In this document: one piece after another, positions 13,084-26,739 of the stretch
Layout: every line of letters starts with the position of its first letter
How positions within the stretch are numbered: the stretch's first letter is position 1
Origin: the human T2T-CHM13v2.0 reference genome, Homo sapiens
Length of the DNA: 64,000 nucleotides
Assembly: GCF_009914755.1 (NCBI RefSeq)
Contig: NC_060945.1
Strand: one strand, 5' to 3'
Position numbers and translations under genes: made by a program
The notes under the pieces: model-generated
The model's database searches: none
Seen by the model: the letters and a program-made list of their open reading frames with translations, nothing else
Told to the model about the DNA's origin: nothing

Positions 13084-15199
13084 GTTGTCAGATAGGCAAG
13101 AGAAGATGGGACTTAAAGCACAGGAGCTGGAATTTTCTGCAGGAAGAGGGGCATTTTCTCTTTTGCAATGGGAGGAAAGAAAAGGATGGACTCAGATGTG
13201 GAAAACACTGCAGGCTTACTTGAGGAAGCTAGGGGATTCCTGTCTGATGTTTTCAATTTCCTGAGTAAGTCCATTTGCTGAGAGGGAATGAGTGGAGAAA
13301 GTTTGAAATGCTCTTTGTGGAGCCTGGGAGAGCACATTGAACAGAAAAATTACTGGGCAGCGTTGAAGGTCCCTGTGAGGTTGGGTTGCATGAATTTAGA
13401 ATGATGCTCATCTGCCCGTGTGTGTGTGGGATTATTTAGCAGAGATCAGCAGCTCAAGTGCAGCTCACAGAAGGTCAATATTTGGCTACTTCTAGGGCTG
13501 ACATTTTCTCCAGTGATGCAACAACAACAACAGCAACACAAAACAAAGGAGTAAAAAGGGAATTAAGGAACTGGCAAGAATTTTACTGAATTCATGGACT
13601 AGAGCTGGATAAAGAAAGAAGTGAAGACAGGAAACGATAATGAATTTGGAGTAAAATCAGTGGGTCAGTAGGTTGAAAATAAGGTTACAAGCCTGCAGGA
13701 TGGAGACTGTGGTTGAAGTTGACACGTGAACTAGTTGCCATCAATGCTGGTGGCGCAGGTGTGTGGTGGCAAGGGGTGCTGGCCAGGCTGCAGAAGCAGA
13801 TGGGGAGATGTAAACATGCATTCTCTTTATGGGAAGTTATGACAAAGGAAGGGAGGGATTAAAATACTCAAGGGGGGACGTAGGGTGAATGATGATGGAA
13901 GCAAGCTTTCTAACTGTGCTTAAAAAATAAAGCAAATGCATTTAAATGCTTTAGGGAAATTGCTGTTATCAACTGCCAATATTAATTCCACAGTGCATGG
14001 TATTACAGGACTTCAGTCAATGTTTGATACATTTCATAGGCTCTCTCCATCCTGTCTTCAACCCTGTTGTAATTCTAGTTTGGTATTCTGAGCAAAGTAT
14101 TAGTTTAATTATCTTGCCTTTCTTATTCTCTGATGTACTATGTTCCATTCTTATCAGGTTGCACAAGGTAAGCATATTTGACTTGTCTTAGCCAGCAAAC
14201 CACTTTCCACAGAAAGTTAGAGATGCATTCTTAGTTAGGGCAACCTCTAGAAAAATGGAGTGAAATATGAAAGACATTACTCAAAGTGTGAGAGAGTCCC
14301 ACCCCAACAGAGACTCCAGGACCCTACGGTGGCTCAAGAAGGAGTGTGGGGACCCTAGAAAGTTCTGGAACCAGCCTGGAGAGACTCTTAGGTAGGAATT
14401 TTATAAAGGCTGCCCTTGGGCAACCCTCACTGTCTCTCAGAATCCAAGAAAAAAATTCCACTTTGTGGGTTTTTTTTTTTTTTTTTTTTTGGTGTGTGAG
14501 CATTAGGGATCATGGACGTGCAGCACCAGGCACAGTGGCTCGTTTGTTAGTTCATCCACACTTTTTCCTTTCATTCATTCACTCATGGAATCAGGAAGCA
14601 AGCATCTCTTCAGTCTCCATGTCCTGTGATCTAGGTGAAGGTGCTGGAACACAGAAAATGGACACCCACACACCTCAGTAGACTCAACAAATGGAAGCGT
14701 CTGTCAGCTCTTCTGCTACTTTCTGATTGGTCTTCTACCTTCTTGATTCGACATCTCTCTGCTGTCTTGACATTTGGTAAAAAAAAAAAAAAATGTTTTG
14801 GCATTTCCTAATAACTCTTCCCATATTGCTTTCCTCCAGTTTACTCTCACAGCCCCAAATACAGCAGTTTTAGGAGAAACAGCACCAGTCAGGGGTAGGG
14901 GCCCTGACTCATGTGTCCTTGAGTGTGTCAAGAGACCCCTCTGGCCACCATGCAGGGCCTGCCCATGCTGTTCCTTGCCATTTTAATGTCTCCGTTGAGC
15001 TTCTCAATGGCTCGGTGAAGCAGCAGGCAGGGGTGGTTCTTGCTACTTCCATTTCACTGATGAGCAAATCTATGAGATTAAATGACTGGTCCCAGGGACA
15101 GAGCAAATTCATGGAAGACCTGGGTGTCCTGGCATTTGTGGTGGCCTCCTGGCATCTGCATCTTCATCCTGTCTGCACAGCCCCTGGCTGGGTCTGGGG

Positions 15200-15530
15200 A
15201 TGCAGCTCTCTCCCTGGCTCTGGGTGAGGAGTGCATGACCAGCCTCAGCCAATCGGCATGGACATCCCCAAGGCCAATGGGTAGGCCTGTGGCCCGAGTC
15301 AATCACTGTGATTCTCAGAACTCATGGGAGCTATAGGCAAGTACTACAGCTCTTTCCCATTAAACTTGAACCTGAGAAGATGTGAGAGAGAGGCGGACCG
15401 AGACAGAGGCAGCACAAAGGAAGTGGAGCAGGGAGATGGAAGAAGAGAAGGTCCTGGTGACATCATTTGAGTTCCTGGGTCAAGCTCTATCCAAGCTAGT
15501 CCTGCCATGGTCTTAGAATACACTGCCTTC
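15200..15530 (+). mobile_element. Old MLT1 (K/J/L-like) LTR fragment
   Basis: GAGATGGA...GGTCCTGGTGACATCATTTGAG..CCTGG.TCAAGC resembles the 3' half of old MLT1. Confidence 0.45.
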
Positions 15531-15542
15531 ACACTCTAGACA

Positions 15543-15544
<2 letters not shown>

Positions 15545-15622
<78 letters not shown>
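15545..15622. repeat. Compound microsatellite (TG)18(AG)~21
   Basis: Directly visible in the sequence. Confidence 0.98.
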
Positions 15623-18600
15623 TGTAACCATGAAGAGGTAATTGATACCTAGGGCCTCTGAGCTCCTCCACCAACACCCTCCCCAGAAGTGGCCAGATTA
15701 CTTTTGGAGTAATTGTATCATAGGCAAATCAAAGCTGAAATTATTTATGAAGAAGCTGAATGAACTCATTGATTGTTCTTTACAAGAATTTCAACAGACT
15801 TTTTCTTCTAAGGAAGAAGTAATACCAGGTCTTATGTGGGTTTTTATATAGGCTGTGCACTTGTGTGTGTGTGTATGTATTTGAGAAGGTAGGACATAGG
15901 AAGGTAGAATGGACAAGGGGAATGATGTGAAAATTCTTTGCAAAGTGAAAAGTCCTATTTAAGTATAAAATTATCTTCAGTTATGTTTCAGTTGGTAGTT
16001 GGCTTCTTATAATCCAGTGCTTGACTCAGGGACCTTCTCTGATTCTTAGTGGTAACCAGGGAGCTCTGTGTCAGCATGACTCCCATGCATGGGGAAGCAT
16101 TTTTCCCCAAAGGTCATAACTAGAGGCCAGCCCTGGGGCAGAAGAGGAGCAAGACGAAGCCACGGAGGTCAGGGTTTGCACTTCTGTTTCTGTATTTGGC
16201 TGACATCATTCCATGGACTTGGGTGTGGAACTTCCCCTATGTCTCTCTTGCTCTCTCTCTTTTTCTCTTTCCCACACACAGCCCTGGGAGGATGGCATAG
16301 GAGAGAGCGTGTGACACCACATGGCCATGGCCCATGGGGGGGCCTTCCTGGACCCTCATGGACTTAGGGGTTTTGCATCACCATGGTGCTGCCAGACGTG
16401 GCATGCACACGTTACATCAATGATAATGGGACATGGTGCCTGGACTCGGCGTGATGCTGCTGTGCCCTCTCCAAATGATACACCCCTGCTCCACAGGCTG
16501 GCATCAGCTGGCCACACCCCTTCTCCCTGCTGAGCAGCACAGGAGATGCTGACTCCTGGCTCTAGTGCTTTCATCCAATCATTGGGGGTTCTTCCTGCTG
16601 TGCTCAGGGTCCACAGAATCTTGACAAGCTCCTCACACAGAAGACACAGGCCTGGTCTGTGCATGCCAGCTTCAGATCCCTCATGAATGCTAAGGGGCTG
16701 CCTTGATGTCCCCACCAGCTCTCCTCTCCCTGCTGGGGCCTTCCCGGGCTGCAGCTGCAGACCCAGGCTGAGTCAAAGTGGTTGGTTTGTGGGGTAGACG
16801 ATGAGCTTTAGCATGGTGGCCCCCCACCCAGGCTCACATGTGGTACTCTAACCTCTGAGGTGGGCCGCATAGCAGCCTCCCTTGCCCGCTCCTCTCCCAG
16901 CCTCCCCATGGCTCTGCAGCCCTGCAGGGGTGGTGCAGCTGGAGCTGGAGCGGCTGGGGCTGGCATGGGACACAAGGGCGATTCTTATCTTTGTCCTTTC
17001 CCCGGCCTGCCTGAGCTGGACGGTGGCTGGAGATCAGACCCTTGGCTTGCCTTCTGTCAGGGACACTGTCCTCAAAACTTGAGGATGGAAGAGAAATTCA
17101 CATTCTACGTGGCCAAGCCTCCTGTCTCTCTTCTCTGGGGAGGGGAGGCTGCTTTTGTTTATGCTTCCTTCTCTCTGCTGGAAGAGACTATAATGAGAGG
17201 ATATTTTCTTGTCCTTTGGCCCAAGAAGTTGGCACCCCAGCGCCAGGGTACTCAATGATGCTTGTGCTTCCTTCCCACCCAAAGAAAAGTTCCAGGGGAT
17301 GTCAGTGATGGCGCTGTCCTGTTCTGCCATTGGAGGTCCTAGAAGATGCAGAGAGGTTGCTTCTTGGAGAGGAGGGAGGGGACAGGGTGTCCTGCCCTGG
17401 TACCCACATGGGCCTTCCTACACAGGGTGAGGAGTCTGAGAAGCCAAGGGGACCAGTCCACCCAGAACCCCTGCCTCACCCCCAGCCGGTCCCCAGGTAT
17501 CTGGGACCTGGGAACTCTCTCCTCCAACGGCCCTGATCCAAGGCCTGTGCTGGCTAGAGTCATGGAAGGGTGGCTCAGGGCTGCAGAGCTGGGGATGGGA
17601 CTTGGGGAGCTGGTTGGGGTGAACCTACACACGTCACCAATGACCCTCACTGGATGAGACAGGAGATAAGGGTGGGAGAGAAGAGGCATGTCCTGGGGGC
17701 CCCATTTGTGCTCTTGTTCTGGCCCTGAAAACCTTAGGGGTGGGTCTGGGGTGAGGCTCAGCAGTGGGAGCCCTGGGAACCTTCTCTGCCATAAGGACGG
17801 GGGATTCTGAGACAGGTGAGGGTCTGCCTAGTGTGCCCAGAAAATAGTTCCTGCTCTTCCTTAGTAGCACAAGCACTGAGGCTGCCTGCTCCCAGCTTGA
17901 CAGGGGTTCACTAGGACCCCTTCCTCTCCTCTCCCTCCTCTCAAAGAGATTGGGGACTCAGCTGGGATCGTTGGGTGCCTGTAACAAACCAGAGGGGTGC
18001 CCCTCACTTTCTGGACTCAGTGAAAATCAGTCTTCTAATTTTGCCCATATCATTCCTGATGAAAATTCAGTTAAGTGAGGTCTTAGAGAAGAGGTAGTAG
18101 AGAAAGTGGTAATTTCTCATAACTGACCCGCCCAGGCCACCCTCTGGTTTAGAAAAGTCCCTGCTCCATGAAGGGAATTTTCTGGGGGAGACGGCATCTG
18201 AGAAATCAGTATTTCACGACGGTGTCTTTCCAGTGATGGTTCTGCAAGCTGGTAGAGTGGTGAGTCGGGATTTGAACTCAGATCTTTGGCCACCCAGGTT
18301 TTCCTTGCCTTGCCTTGCAGGGCTGGTCTTAGGCTTCAAGATTCATTTTTGTAGTTTGTGGGTTTTCTCTTAAAACGAGGCTCTTATTCCTGCAAATATT
18401 TACAGGTTACTTTATTCTGTGTGGAACAGAATTGCTTCTAACCTGGTGGGGGCAGGGAACACTGCAGTAAGGGCTCAATTAACTGATTTCACAGTGGTCA
18501 CGACTCAGACATTCATTTTAGAGATTAAGTGGAAAATAAAAGAGATCAGAGCACCTCAAGCATACAGCAGGAACGCACAGTGAATTAAATGGAGAGATGG

Positions 18601-21600
18601 AAGTATTTGGTCCCTGAAGACGAGCATGACATTGCGATTTAGCTTGGATGAGAAAACTGAGGTTTCTTGGAAATGCCTACCCACGTGGGGGAATTTCTCT
18701 GTCAAGTTTCTGCTGCTTTGCAGCCATTTAAAATGGGTCCTGAAATATCTGCAGTGCAGAACATCTGAGAAGAGCTTTTCATTTGCTAGAATGTTGCAGC
18801 AAGCAGGCTAAGCGATGTTAGCAGGCAACTTTGTGATAGATTTAGAAAGCCCCGAAGAAATGGGTGGTGGTGATACAGAGAGATTTTTTCTTTCCTTTTT
18901 TTCCTTTTTTGGCTTGTCTGCAGAATAGATGAAAAGAGAAAATATACCCAGATACTTTGCTCACTCTCCCAAGTGCACACTAGGCAATGTAAGCTCCAGA
19001 GGCAGAGCTTACAGGAGGGGAAGGGACGCTGAGGCCAAGAGTGCTGGCTCACTGGGGTGGAAGGGACTTCAGAGGGCGTTCCTCACTCCTCTTATTGCAG
19101 GTGAAGAAACAGAGGCAGTGGTCCTTTGCCCCAGGCCATTCAGCTGGCCAGTAGCGGAGCCCAGGGCTACCCAGATCCTCCAATGCCCAGGCTGGTCCTC
19201 TTTCCTTTCTGACCCCAACACATGAAGAGTCCATCTGGAAATGTTGGCTCCCACACTTCAAAACATTAAACTCCTTGTTCTCTTTCTCCAAATGATTAAT
19301 TTGTTTTCAGTGTTTACATTAGCTGGAAGCCAAGTTGGGAACACTCCTAACTCGTTTCTCAAACAAGATGTTTTTAAAATGAAGTTTCCCAGCATGGAAT
19401 GCTTTGCTACTTTGTAAGGGCTTCAGTTGCTAAGAACTTACTGCACCTGTGTCAAAACTGTGCTCTCAGGGCCCCTGGTGGAGTCCAGAAGAAGAGTTCC
19501 ACGCAGTCCCTGTTTTTCTTTTTTTTCCAGGAACTCCTGGAAACTGAATCACAGATCAGATCATGTTGTTCCACAAGAACGATGTGTCACTGTGAGGCTG
19601 CATTCCTGACCACGAACTGAGCACCAAATAAGTCATGGACATGCACCAAAAGGTGTGACCCAAGGGAGGCAGGGTGAGCCCCATGTCTCAGAACATCCTC
19701 GCGGACAGCAAAGCCCTTGATGTGGTGGAGTAGGGGCCTGTGGCAACCCCTCACACATGGCAGGTCCTTTGCAACCCCAAGTGCTTCAGATGCTACCAGC
19801 CCTCCTTGGGCAGGTCTGAGATGTGACAGAGAAGAAGATGAGAATGGAAAAAGAGAAAGAAGAGCGGAAAACTAAAAGAGGGAAGGGCAGAGGAAAGAGC
19901 AGAAATGCAGTCTAGCTGGAGGGCAGGCTGCTGGCTCCAGCCACTGCCTCAGATCCCCCCGACCTGGGGTACTCAGGAGTCTGAGTGGGTACAGGGCTAT
20001 AGCCTCAATTTCCCCATCTGATGTGGGACTTGCCTTGACCCAATGCCTGGACCACAATCATCCCTGATACCTGAAGCCTCCATAGATATGACTCTTTCTA
20101 ACGTTTGCTGCTTCAGGATTCAACCTTGTCCACTTTTGGCTTCTTCATGCCCTCTCCAATGAGCAGTGATTCAAAACCTTTTATAAAACTACCCATCACT
20201 ATCATCTCTGGCAACATGGCTGTCTAGAGAACTCAGAAAACTGTCTCCCTCTGTAATGTTTAAAATGCTGGCTATATTTCAGAAATGTAGATGGCTGCAC
20301 ATGACAAAGTTAAAAAGAAAGGGAAGTGTTCAGAGGTCAAAAGAGGATGCCAAAGTCCAGAGAGCTGCAGGAATGCTGGAGGGAGGCTGCCCTGGGGCAG
20401 GTGCTAACCCCATGACCTCAGGTGGCTTTGGTGTGCCCACTTCCTGGGGACTTGGCACAGCAGCTTGGGTGAGACTCACGTGCAGAGCTCACTGTCCAGG
20501 CAGCTTTCCCAGGAGGCACCTGCCTGGGCACACACCTACACTCTCTTCCTTTTTTCTTTCACAACTGGTCCCCTCCAACTTGACCAAGAAAGGCCATGTT
20601 TTACCAGGATTCCTGCCACAGGGTGCAAGGCCCTAGACAAAGGGGCGAGAGATAAGAAATATCAGTGCTGTTGGACACCCTTCTAATAGTGGCATCATGT
20701 GCCCCAGGCTGGCTTCGGGGCTCTCCTTCTCTCCCATGCTCTACCCTGAATGGGAAGCACTGGTCGTGGGGTGTTCTGGCCCAGCTGTGAGGTTCTGAAT
20801 TCATTTGAGTTGTAGAGTGGGCTAGCACATGGGATGCTGATTTTCCTTTAATGACCTTGCCCTTTCCATTCCCTACTATGGCCACAGAATGCATTGTTCC
20901 CATAAGGACCAAACAAAGACTTGTAGACGATGGTAGCTCATGTCACCCAGGCAGCAAACACACACCTCACTGGCGTACCTGTGTTAGAAATAATTTGGGA
21001 TGGGGAGAAGGCGTGCTGGGACTCTCCATGAGGTTCAGAGCATGCTGCTGTCATGCTCACCACCAGGGCTGGAGGGAGCTTGTTGGAGAGCACGCTTACT
21101 GCGGGCCAGGCACTGCACCAGAGGGCACCCGTTTGGCCTTAATTGACACCGCTAATCTTGGTAAGGCCTGTCTCCCATCGGTGTCCCCGTCTGTGCCTTG
21201 GTTGGATCATTTGCATGATTTTAAGGTTGAGAAAGTGAAAATGTGCACACCTAAGCAGATTGATGGAACATCTCTGACAGAAAGTCACATAGGATAGAGG
21301 TAAGATAGTGTCTTAGTTTCTTCAACATTTACAGGGAAAACACTTTCATGATCTTTTGGCCAAAATACAATTGAATATTGTAAATCCATATTCAACTTTT
21401 TTTGCAAGGGTCTATTGAAATTCATACTATCTCTATGTTTCTGAAATTTTCACAGGATATCAGGCTAAAAGAGGCTTTTCTAACTATGAGTAACAGATTA
21501 ATAGTTATTTGATAACTGTTGATAAGACCCCCTCCCCACTCCCACCTTTTGGTATAATTCCTTGAAAGTGAGAATGTGACTGTCTATAATGACTAGTAAC

Positions 21601-21949
21601 AAATGACTAGTAACTTTTGTAAGATAGGTGGGTTCTAATTATTTGCTTTTAACAAAACGGAAACAGCTTATGGGTAATTTAAAATAACTTTCCATGATTA
21701 ATCAGCACGTGATTTTTAATAACAAATGACTCCAAAGGGGTTCATAGAACAGAGTGATGTGCTACATCAATACTCATTTCTTCCCTTTTCTGTAATTTTG
21801 AGAATAATGTTCATAAGTGCATATATCTAAACTAATAAAGATTGGAACAGAAGTAATGCTGAATCCTGCCTTAGACTACCAGTAAGTCATATTAATCTAT
21901 AGCTACATGTAAAAAAATTAGAAGCTCCACCCATTTCCTTAAGAGACAT

Positions 21950-21951
<2 letters not shown>

Positions 21952-21990
<39 letters not shown>

Positions 21991-22275
21991 AGACTGGAGT
22001 CTCTCTCTGTCGCCCAGGCTGGAGTGCAGTGGCGCGATCTCGCTCACTGCAAGCTCCGCCTCCCAGGTTCACGCCATTCTCCTGCCTCAGCCTCTTGAGT
22101 AGCTGGGTCTACAGGCGCCGGCCACCATGCCCCGCTAATTTTTTCTATTTTTTTTTTAGTACAGACGGGGTTTCACCGTGTTAGTTGGGATGGTCTCGAT
22201 CTCCTGACCTCGTGATCTGCCTGCCTCGGCCTCCCAAAGTGCTGAGATTACAGGCTTGAGCCACTGCGCCCAGCC
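21952..22275 (-). mobile_element. AluY with a long pure polyA tail
   Basis: Y diagnostics and a T-run of about 38 nt. TSD TAAGAGACATA at 21940-21950 and 22276-22286. Confidence 0.95.
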
Positions 22276-22435
22276 TAAGAGACATAATTCTAATAAAATT
22301 TTACTATTTGTACTTAAAAATTATTTACCAAAACTTAATATATTTATGTTTTGATCATTTGCGTTCTGCTTATGTTATAATAACTATCTAGAAGAAAACA
22401 ATTTAATCCTTGCAGTCTTGTGATCAGAGAAAATT

Positions 22436-23314
22436 TTATTTATTTTTATTTTTATATTTTAAGTTCCAGGATACATGTGCAGGATGTACAGGTTTGTTAC
22501 ATAGGTAAATGTGTGCCATGGTGGTTTGCTGCATCTATCAACCCATCACCTAGGTACTAAGCCCAGCAAGCATTAACTGTTTTTCTTGATGCTCTCCCTC
22601 CCCATCCCCATCCCTGACAGGCCTGAGTGTGTGTTGTTCCCCTCGCTCTGTCCATGTGTTCTCATTGTTCAGCTTCCACTTATAAGTGAGAACATGTGGT
22701 GCTTGGTTTTCTGTTCCTGTGTTGGTTTGCTAAGGATAATGGCTTCCATTATTCCAGCTTCATCCATGTCCCTGCAAAGGACATGATCTCATTCCTTTTT
22801 ATGGCTGTATAGTATTCCATGGTGTATATGTACCACATTTGCTTTATCCAGTCTATCATTGTGGGCATTTGGGTTGATTCTATGTCTTTGTTATGTGAAT
22901 AGTGCTGCAATGAACATATGCATGCATGTATCTTTGTAATAGAATGATTTATATTCCTTTAGGTATATACCCAGTAATGCGATTGCTGGGTCATATGATA
23001 TTTCTGGTTCTAGGTCTTTGAGGAATCGTCACACTGTCTTCCACAATGATTAACTAATTTACATTCCCACCAACAGTGTAAAAACATTCCTATTTCTCCA
23101 CATCCTCGCCAGCATCTGTTATTTCTTGACTTTTTTATAATCACCATTCTGACTGGCGTGAGATGGTATCTCATTGTGGTTTTGATTTGCATTTCTTGAA
23201 TGACCAGTGATGTTGAGTTCTTTTCTCGTATGTTCATCAGCCACATAAATGTCTTCTTTTGAGAAGTGTCTTTTCATGTCCTTTGCCCACTTTTTAATGA
23301 GGTGGTTTGTTTTT
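22436..23314 (-). mobile_element. L1PA (about L1PA7/8), 5'-truncated
   Basis: L1 3'UTR plus the ORF2 C-terminus. ORF 23010-23246 gives [33 protein letters not shown]. Confidence 0.95.
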
Positions 23315-23764
23315 GATAAGATTTTTAATATTTTAAATTTTGTATACATATTCTTGTTGCAGAGAGGTCTGAGAGGGTGATTAAAAAATACTTGGAAGCA
23401 AAAAAAATTTAATATATTAGGATAAAATTCTGTAGGTGAGATGAAATGGAAATAAAAGTTCAAGGAAGAAAAGGATACTCTAAAACTCCAGATGTTTAAA
23501 GAAAGGCTTGACTTGTGTTTTTTTAGTGGACGATGATGGGTATTGAATTGTTGTAAATTTATATTCCATGGGATCTATTTACATGAGTTCTGTAATTGTT
23601 TATGTCAGTATTTACAGTATGCTAGAAAAAACATCTTTTATAATTATTTAAGCTTATAATAAAAATTCTGGATGTCAAATTAAAAATATGTGAGAGGCCT
23701 AATAGTTTTCCCAAATGTTTAAGGAGTATGTGAGCAAAAAAGTTGAAGACCACTGTCTTAGAGC

Positions 23765-25128
23765 ACTCAGCTAATTCTCTAGTTAAAAGACAAAGAGAGT
23801 TTCATGAAACAAAAAAAAAAAATCCAGCTACATACTGTTTACAAGAGGCACTCCCCAAACAAAAGGGCATAGAAAAGTTGAAGCTAAAATAATAGGAAGG
23901 GATATATCAAACAAATACTAATCAAAAAGAACAGTGGTATAGCTATACTAATATGGGACAACATGGATGAAGGCAAAAGGTATTGCAAGAGATGAAAGGG
24001 TCACCATAATGATGAAAGATTCTACTCACCAGGAGAAGAATACTGATTATATACATCTAATAATACAGTTTCACAGTAGAAAAAACCAAGAGTACAAGAT
24101 GAAATGGACACAGTCACCATCATAATGACAGCTCTATCAGTAATTGAAAAATTAAATTAATAGACAAAAATCAGTAAGAATATACGCATACCTATGAAGA
24201 ACACAATTAGCAAGCTTAGCCTCATGAACACATGACAAACACTGCATCCCACAGCTGGCCTTGCATTCTTTTTAAGCACCTACAGAACACTGGATATTTA
24301 CCATGTACAACGTTAGCAAGTAAGTCTTTATAAGTCCCAAAGAAACTATCATTCAGTTCACATTATCCAATTATTATGAAATTAATTAAGAAGTCAGTAG
24401 CAAAGAAGACTAATAAAACACCATACTTTTGGAAATAAAATAAAGTTGAATCTAAATAATTTATCAGTTAATAATCCAACATCATAGGAATTAGCTCTTA
24501 GAATTGAACAATAGAATAAAAAACTACATATAAAAAGTTTTGGGGTAAAACTGACTCTTGGAAAATGAACCCTAAATTACATTAGAAAAAAAGAAGAAAG
24601 AAAAATAATGAGCAAAACACCCACTTTAAGAAATTAGAGAGAAAAAGTAACAGAATTCAGCCAGAGAAAAAGAAATAAAGAGACAATAAAGATGACAGCA
24701 GAAAGTAACCAAATAGAAAACAACTGTGCAATGGGAAGAATTAAAGTTGATTCTTTGGAGGTAAGTGAAATTGACCAATCCCTGATGAGATTAATACAGT
24801 AAAAAAATATATAATTTAAATACACAATATCTGAAATTAAAAAGTGTGCATAACAAAAGATGCAGTAAAAATATTTTAAGAAATATCATGAATTCATACC
24901 AGCAAATTGGAAACTTTATATGAAATAAACAAAGATCTAAAAAATATTACTTACAAAAACTGACTCAGTTACAAATAGAAAAACTTGAATAGTCCTATAA
25001 CTATTAAAGAAATGAAATCAGTAGTTAAAAGAGTTCATAGAAAGAAAATGCTAGATGGTGTTTTACTCTGAGTTTTCCCAAACATTTAAGGAATAGATAA
25101 TTCCAACGTTATGGAGATTGGAAAAAGA
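23765..25128 (+). mobile_element. Ancient L1M ORF2 (endonuclease region), degenerate
   Basis: TACTGTTTACAAGAGGCAC (CLQE), ATAGCTATACTAATAT..GACAA and AAACTGACTCA...ATAGAAAAACTTGAATAGTCCTATAAC, on an A-rich strand. Confidence 0.8.
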
Positions 25129-25139
25129 AAGAATATTCC

Positions 25140-25440
25140 TTTTTTTTTTTTTTTTTTTTTGAGATGGAGTCTCGCTTTGTTGCCCAGGCTGAAGTGCAGT
25201 GGCGCAATCTTGGCTCACTGCAAGCTCTGCCTCCCGGTTCACACCATTCTCCTGCCTCAGCCTCCCGAGTAACTGGAACTACAGGTGCCTGCCACCGCGC
25301 CCGGCTAATTTTTTGTATTTTTTAGTAGAGACGGGGTTTCACCGTGTTAGCCAGGATGGTCTCGATCTCCTGACCTTGGGATCCGCCTGCCTCAGCCTCC
25401 CAAAGTGCTGGGATTACAGACATGAGCCACCACGCCTGGC
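25140..25440 (-). mobile_element. AluY-like
   Basis: Full length. TSD AAGAATATTCCTTTT at 25129-25143 and 25441-25455. Confidence 0.93.
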
Positions 25441-25455
25441 AAGAATATTCCTTTT

Positions 25456-25620
25456 AAGCCTTGGTTTAGTCATTTGCCAAATGGGTCAACAATGGCACAA
25501 ATCTCACTGGATCCCTGTGAAGATTAAAGCAGATAATGAATAGAAGTATCTTGCAGCAAGCAAGAGAAAGGTTCACTGGCACATAGGATGCATTAAATAA
25601 ACAGTAACTATTATTATCAT
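25456..25620 (+). mobile_element. MIR fragment
   Basis: CATTTGCCAAATGGG...GTGAAGATTAAA...CTGGCACATAG..TAAATAAA. Confidence 0.6.
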
Positions 25621-26739
25621 TATTTATGATTATTGATGGTTCCCAAGAGAGCCTCCCTGGCAAGGCAGGCCATGGTGCCAGTCGTCTGTATAAGTCCATG
25701 CGATCATTGAAAGCATTATTTCTCCAGGAATGAGGTAGTCATTGTTCTCTGGTTTTACAATAAACATTTAGCAATTGGCAGGATGTGGACGAACCTCATG
25801 GGAATCGGAAGTAGCTCTGAATTGTAAAGAGAAACAGCCAGATCAGATAGGAAAGTAATTTTTAATTACTCCGCTGAATTTCTAGCAGGGAGATTGCAAC
25901 CTTGGTGAGTGAGTCTCCATGCTGGTATGAGGTAGAGCTGGATTTGGACAGCTCAATGCAGGTGTGCCAACCTTTCCTTCCTCTCTCAGTGGACAAGGAA
26001 GGGAGGAACAAGACTAAAATACAGTTTTAGGTCGACCAAGTGTCTGCTCGCTGACATCATTCATCCCTCCCTCAAGTATCACAGACAATTTTTGTACCGC
26101 AGCGTTGCTGCTGTTTAGTAATTCAAAGTGTATCTGAGAAACACAATTATCTCGACAGAGAGTTGGACAGCAGCTGAGGGTGATGTGTGAGCTGGTGCCA
26201 GAGGTTTGCTTGTTTAGTTACTCCAAGCAGGGAGTTGTCATAAGGCTTCCTGGAGGAGTGGAGCTGGGGGCAGAGAGTGGCCTCTCACTGGATGCAGGTA
26301 GAAAAAGGAGCCAGAAATGAGCAGGCCCAGCTAGTTGCTGGATTGGCTAGTTGCTACCATGATGTCATTTCATACCCACAGCCACCCTGAAACCTGAAAG
26401 CAAGGTTTTATCACTTCCCATGTTGCAGGTTAGAAGACATGGCTTGCACAGGTGGAGTGATCCTTCCCAAACCACAGAAGCGGGAGTGAAGGGATCCTAT
26501 CCTTGGGCAGAGGCTCAGAGGGGAGAAGATGGGTACACAGGCAGAGATCTGGGAATGGCAAGGTCAGCTTCTAGTGGCCCAAGAACCCCTAGTTCTGGCT
26601 TCCTGTTGAGTAGGACCAAGTCCTCACTCCCCTTCCCCTGGGATTCCTCAGGCTGACCTGAGGCTGAGCTGACTCTCACGGTTTGGACTGGGTGACTTGG
26701 CTCAGGGGCTCCTGTGGGATGAGCACCATGAGCTGCTCC

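Larger units (their letters stand above)
11290..13900 (-). mobile_element. L2 LINE, long fragment interrupted by an inverted templated insertion and a MER81-like MITE
   Basis: Antisense L2 motifs such as GGAAGGCATTGGAGAGTTT, TAGGTTTCTGGACTGAGCACCTGG and AATTTGGGAGTCA. Confidence 0.75.
21300..23756. mobile_element. hAT-Charlie DNA transposon remnant, interrupted by AluY and L1PA
   Basis: AT-rich sequence ending GTGAGCAAAAAAGTTGAAGACCACTG, a Charlie-type terminus. The left boundary is uncertain. Confidence 0.5.

Noticed and set aside
15249-15278. Two CCAAT boxes 25 bp apart
   Set aside because: They appear to lie in an old MLT1 LTR remnant with no other promoter evidence.
17310-17330. GGCGCTGTCC, a REST/RE1 half-site (also GGACAGCGC at ~41392)
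   Set aside because: The other half-site (TCAGCACC) is absent, so there is no full RE1.
21588-21614. Short tandem duplication AATGACTAGTAAC x2 (similarly GCTAGTTGCT x2 at ~26330)
   Set aside because: These are ordinary slippage-size duplications with no further structure.
23010-23463. ORFs similar to the L1 ORF2p C-terminus
   Set aside because: They belong to a truncated, frameshifted L1PA copy that is not retrotransposition-competent.
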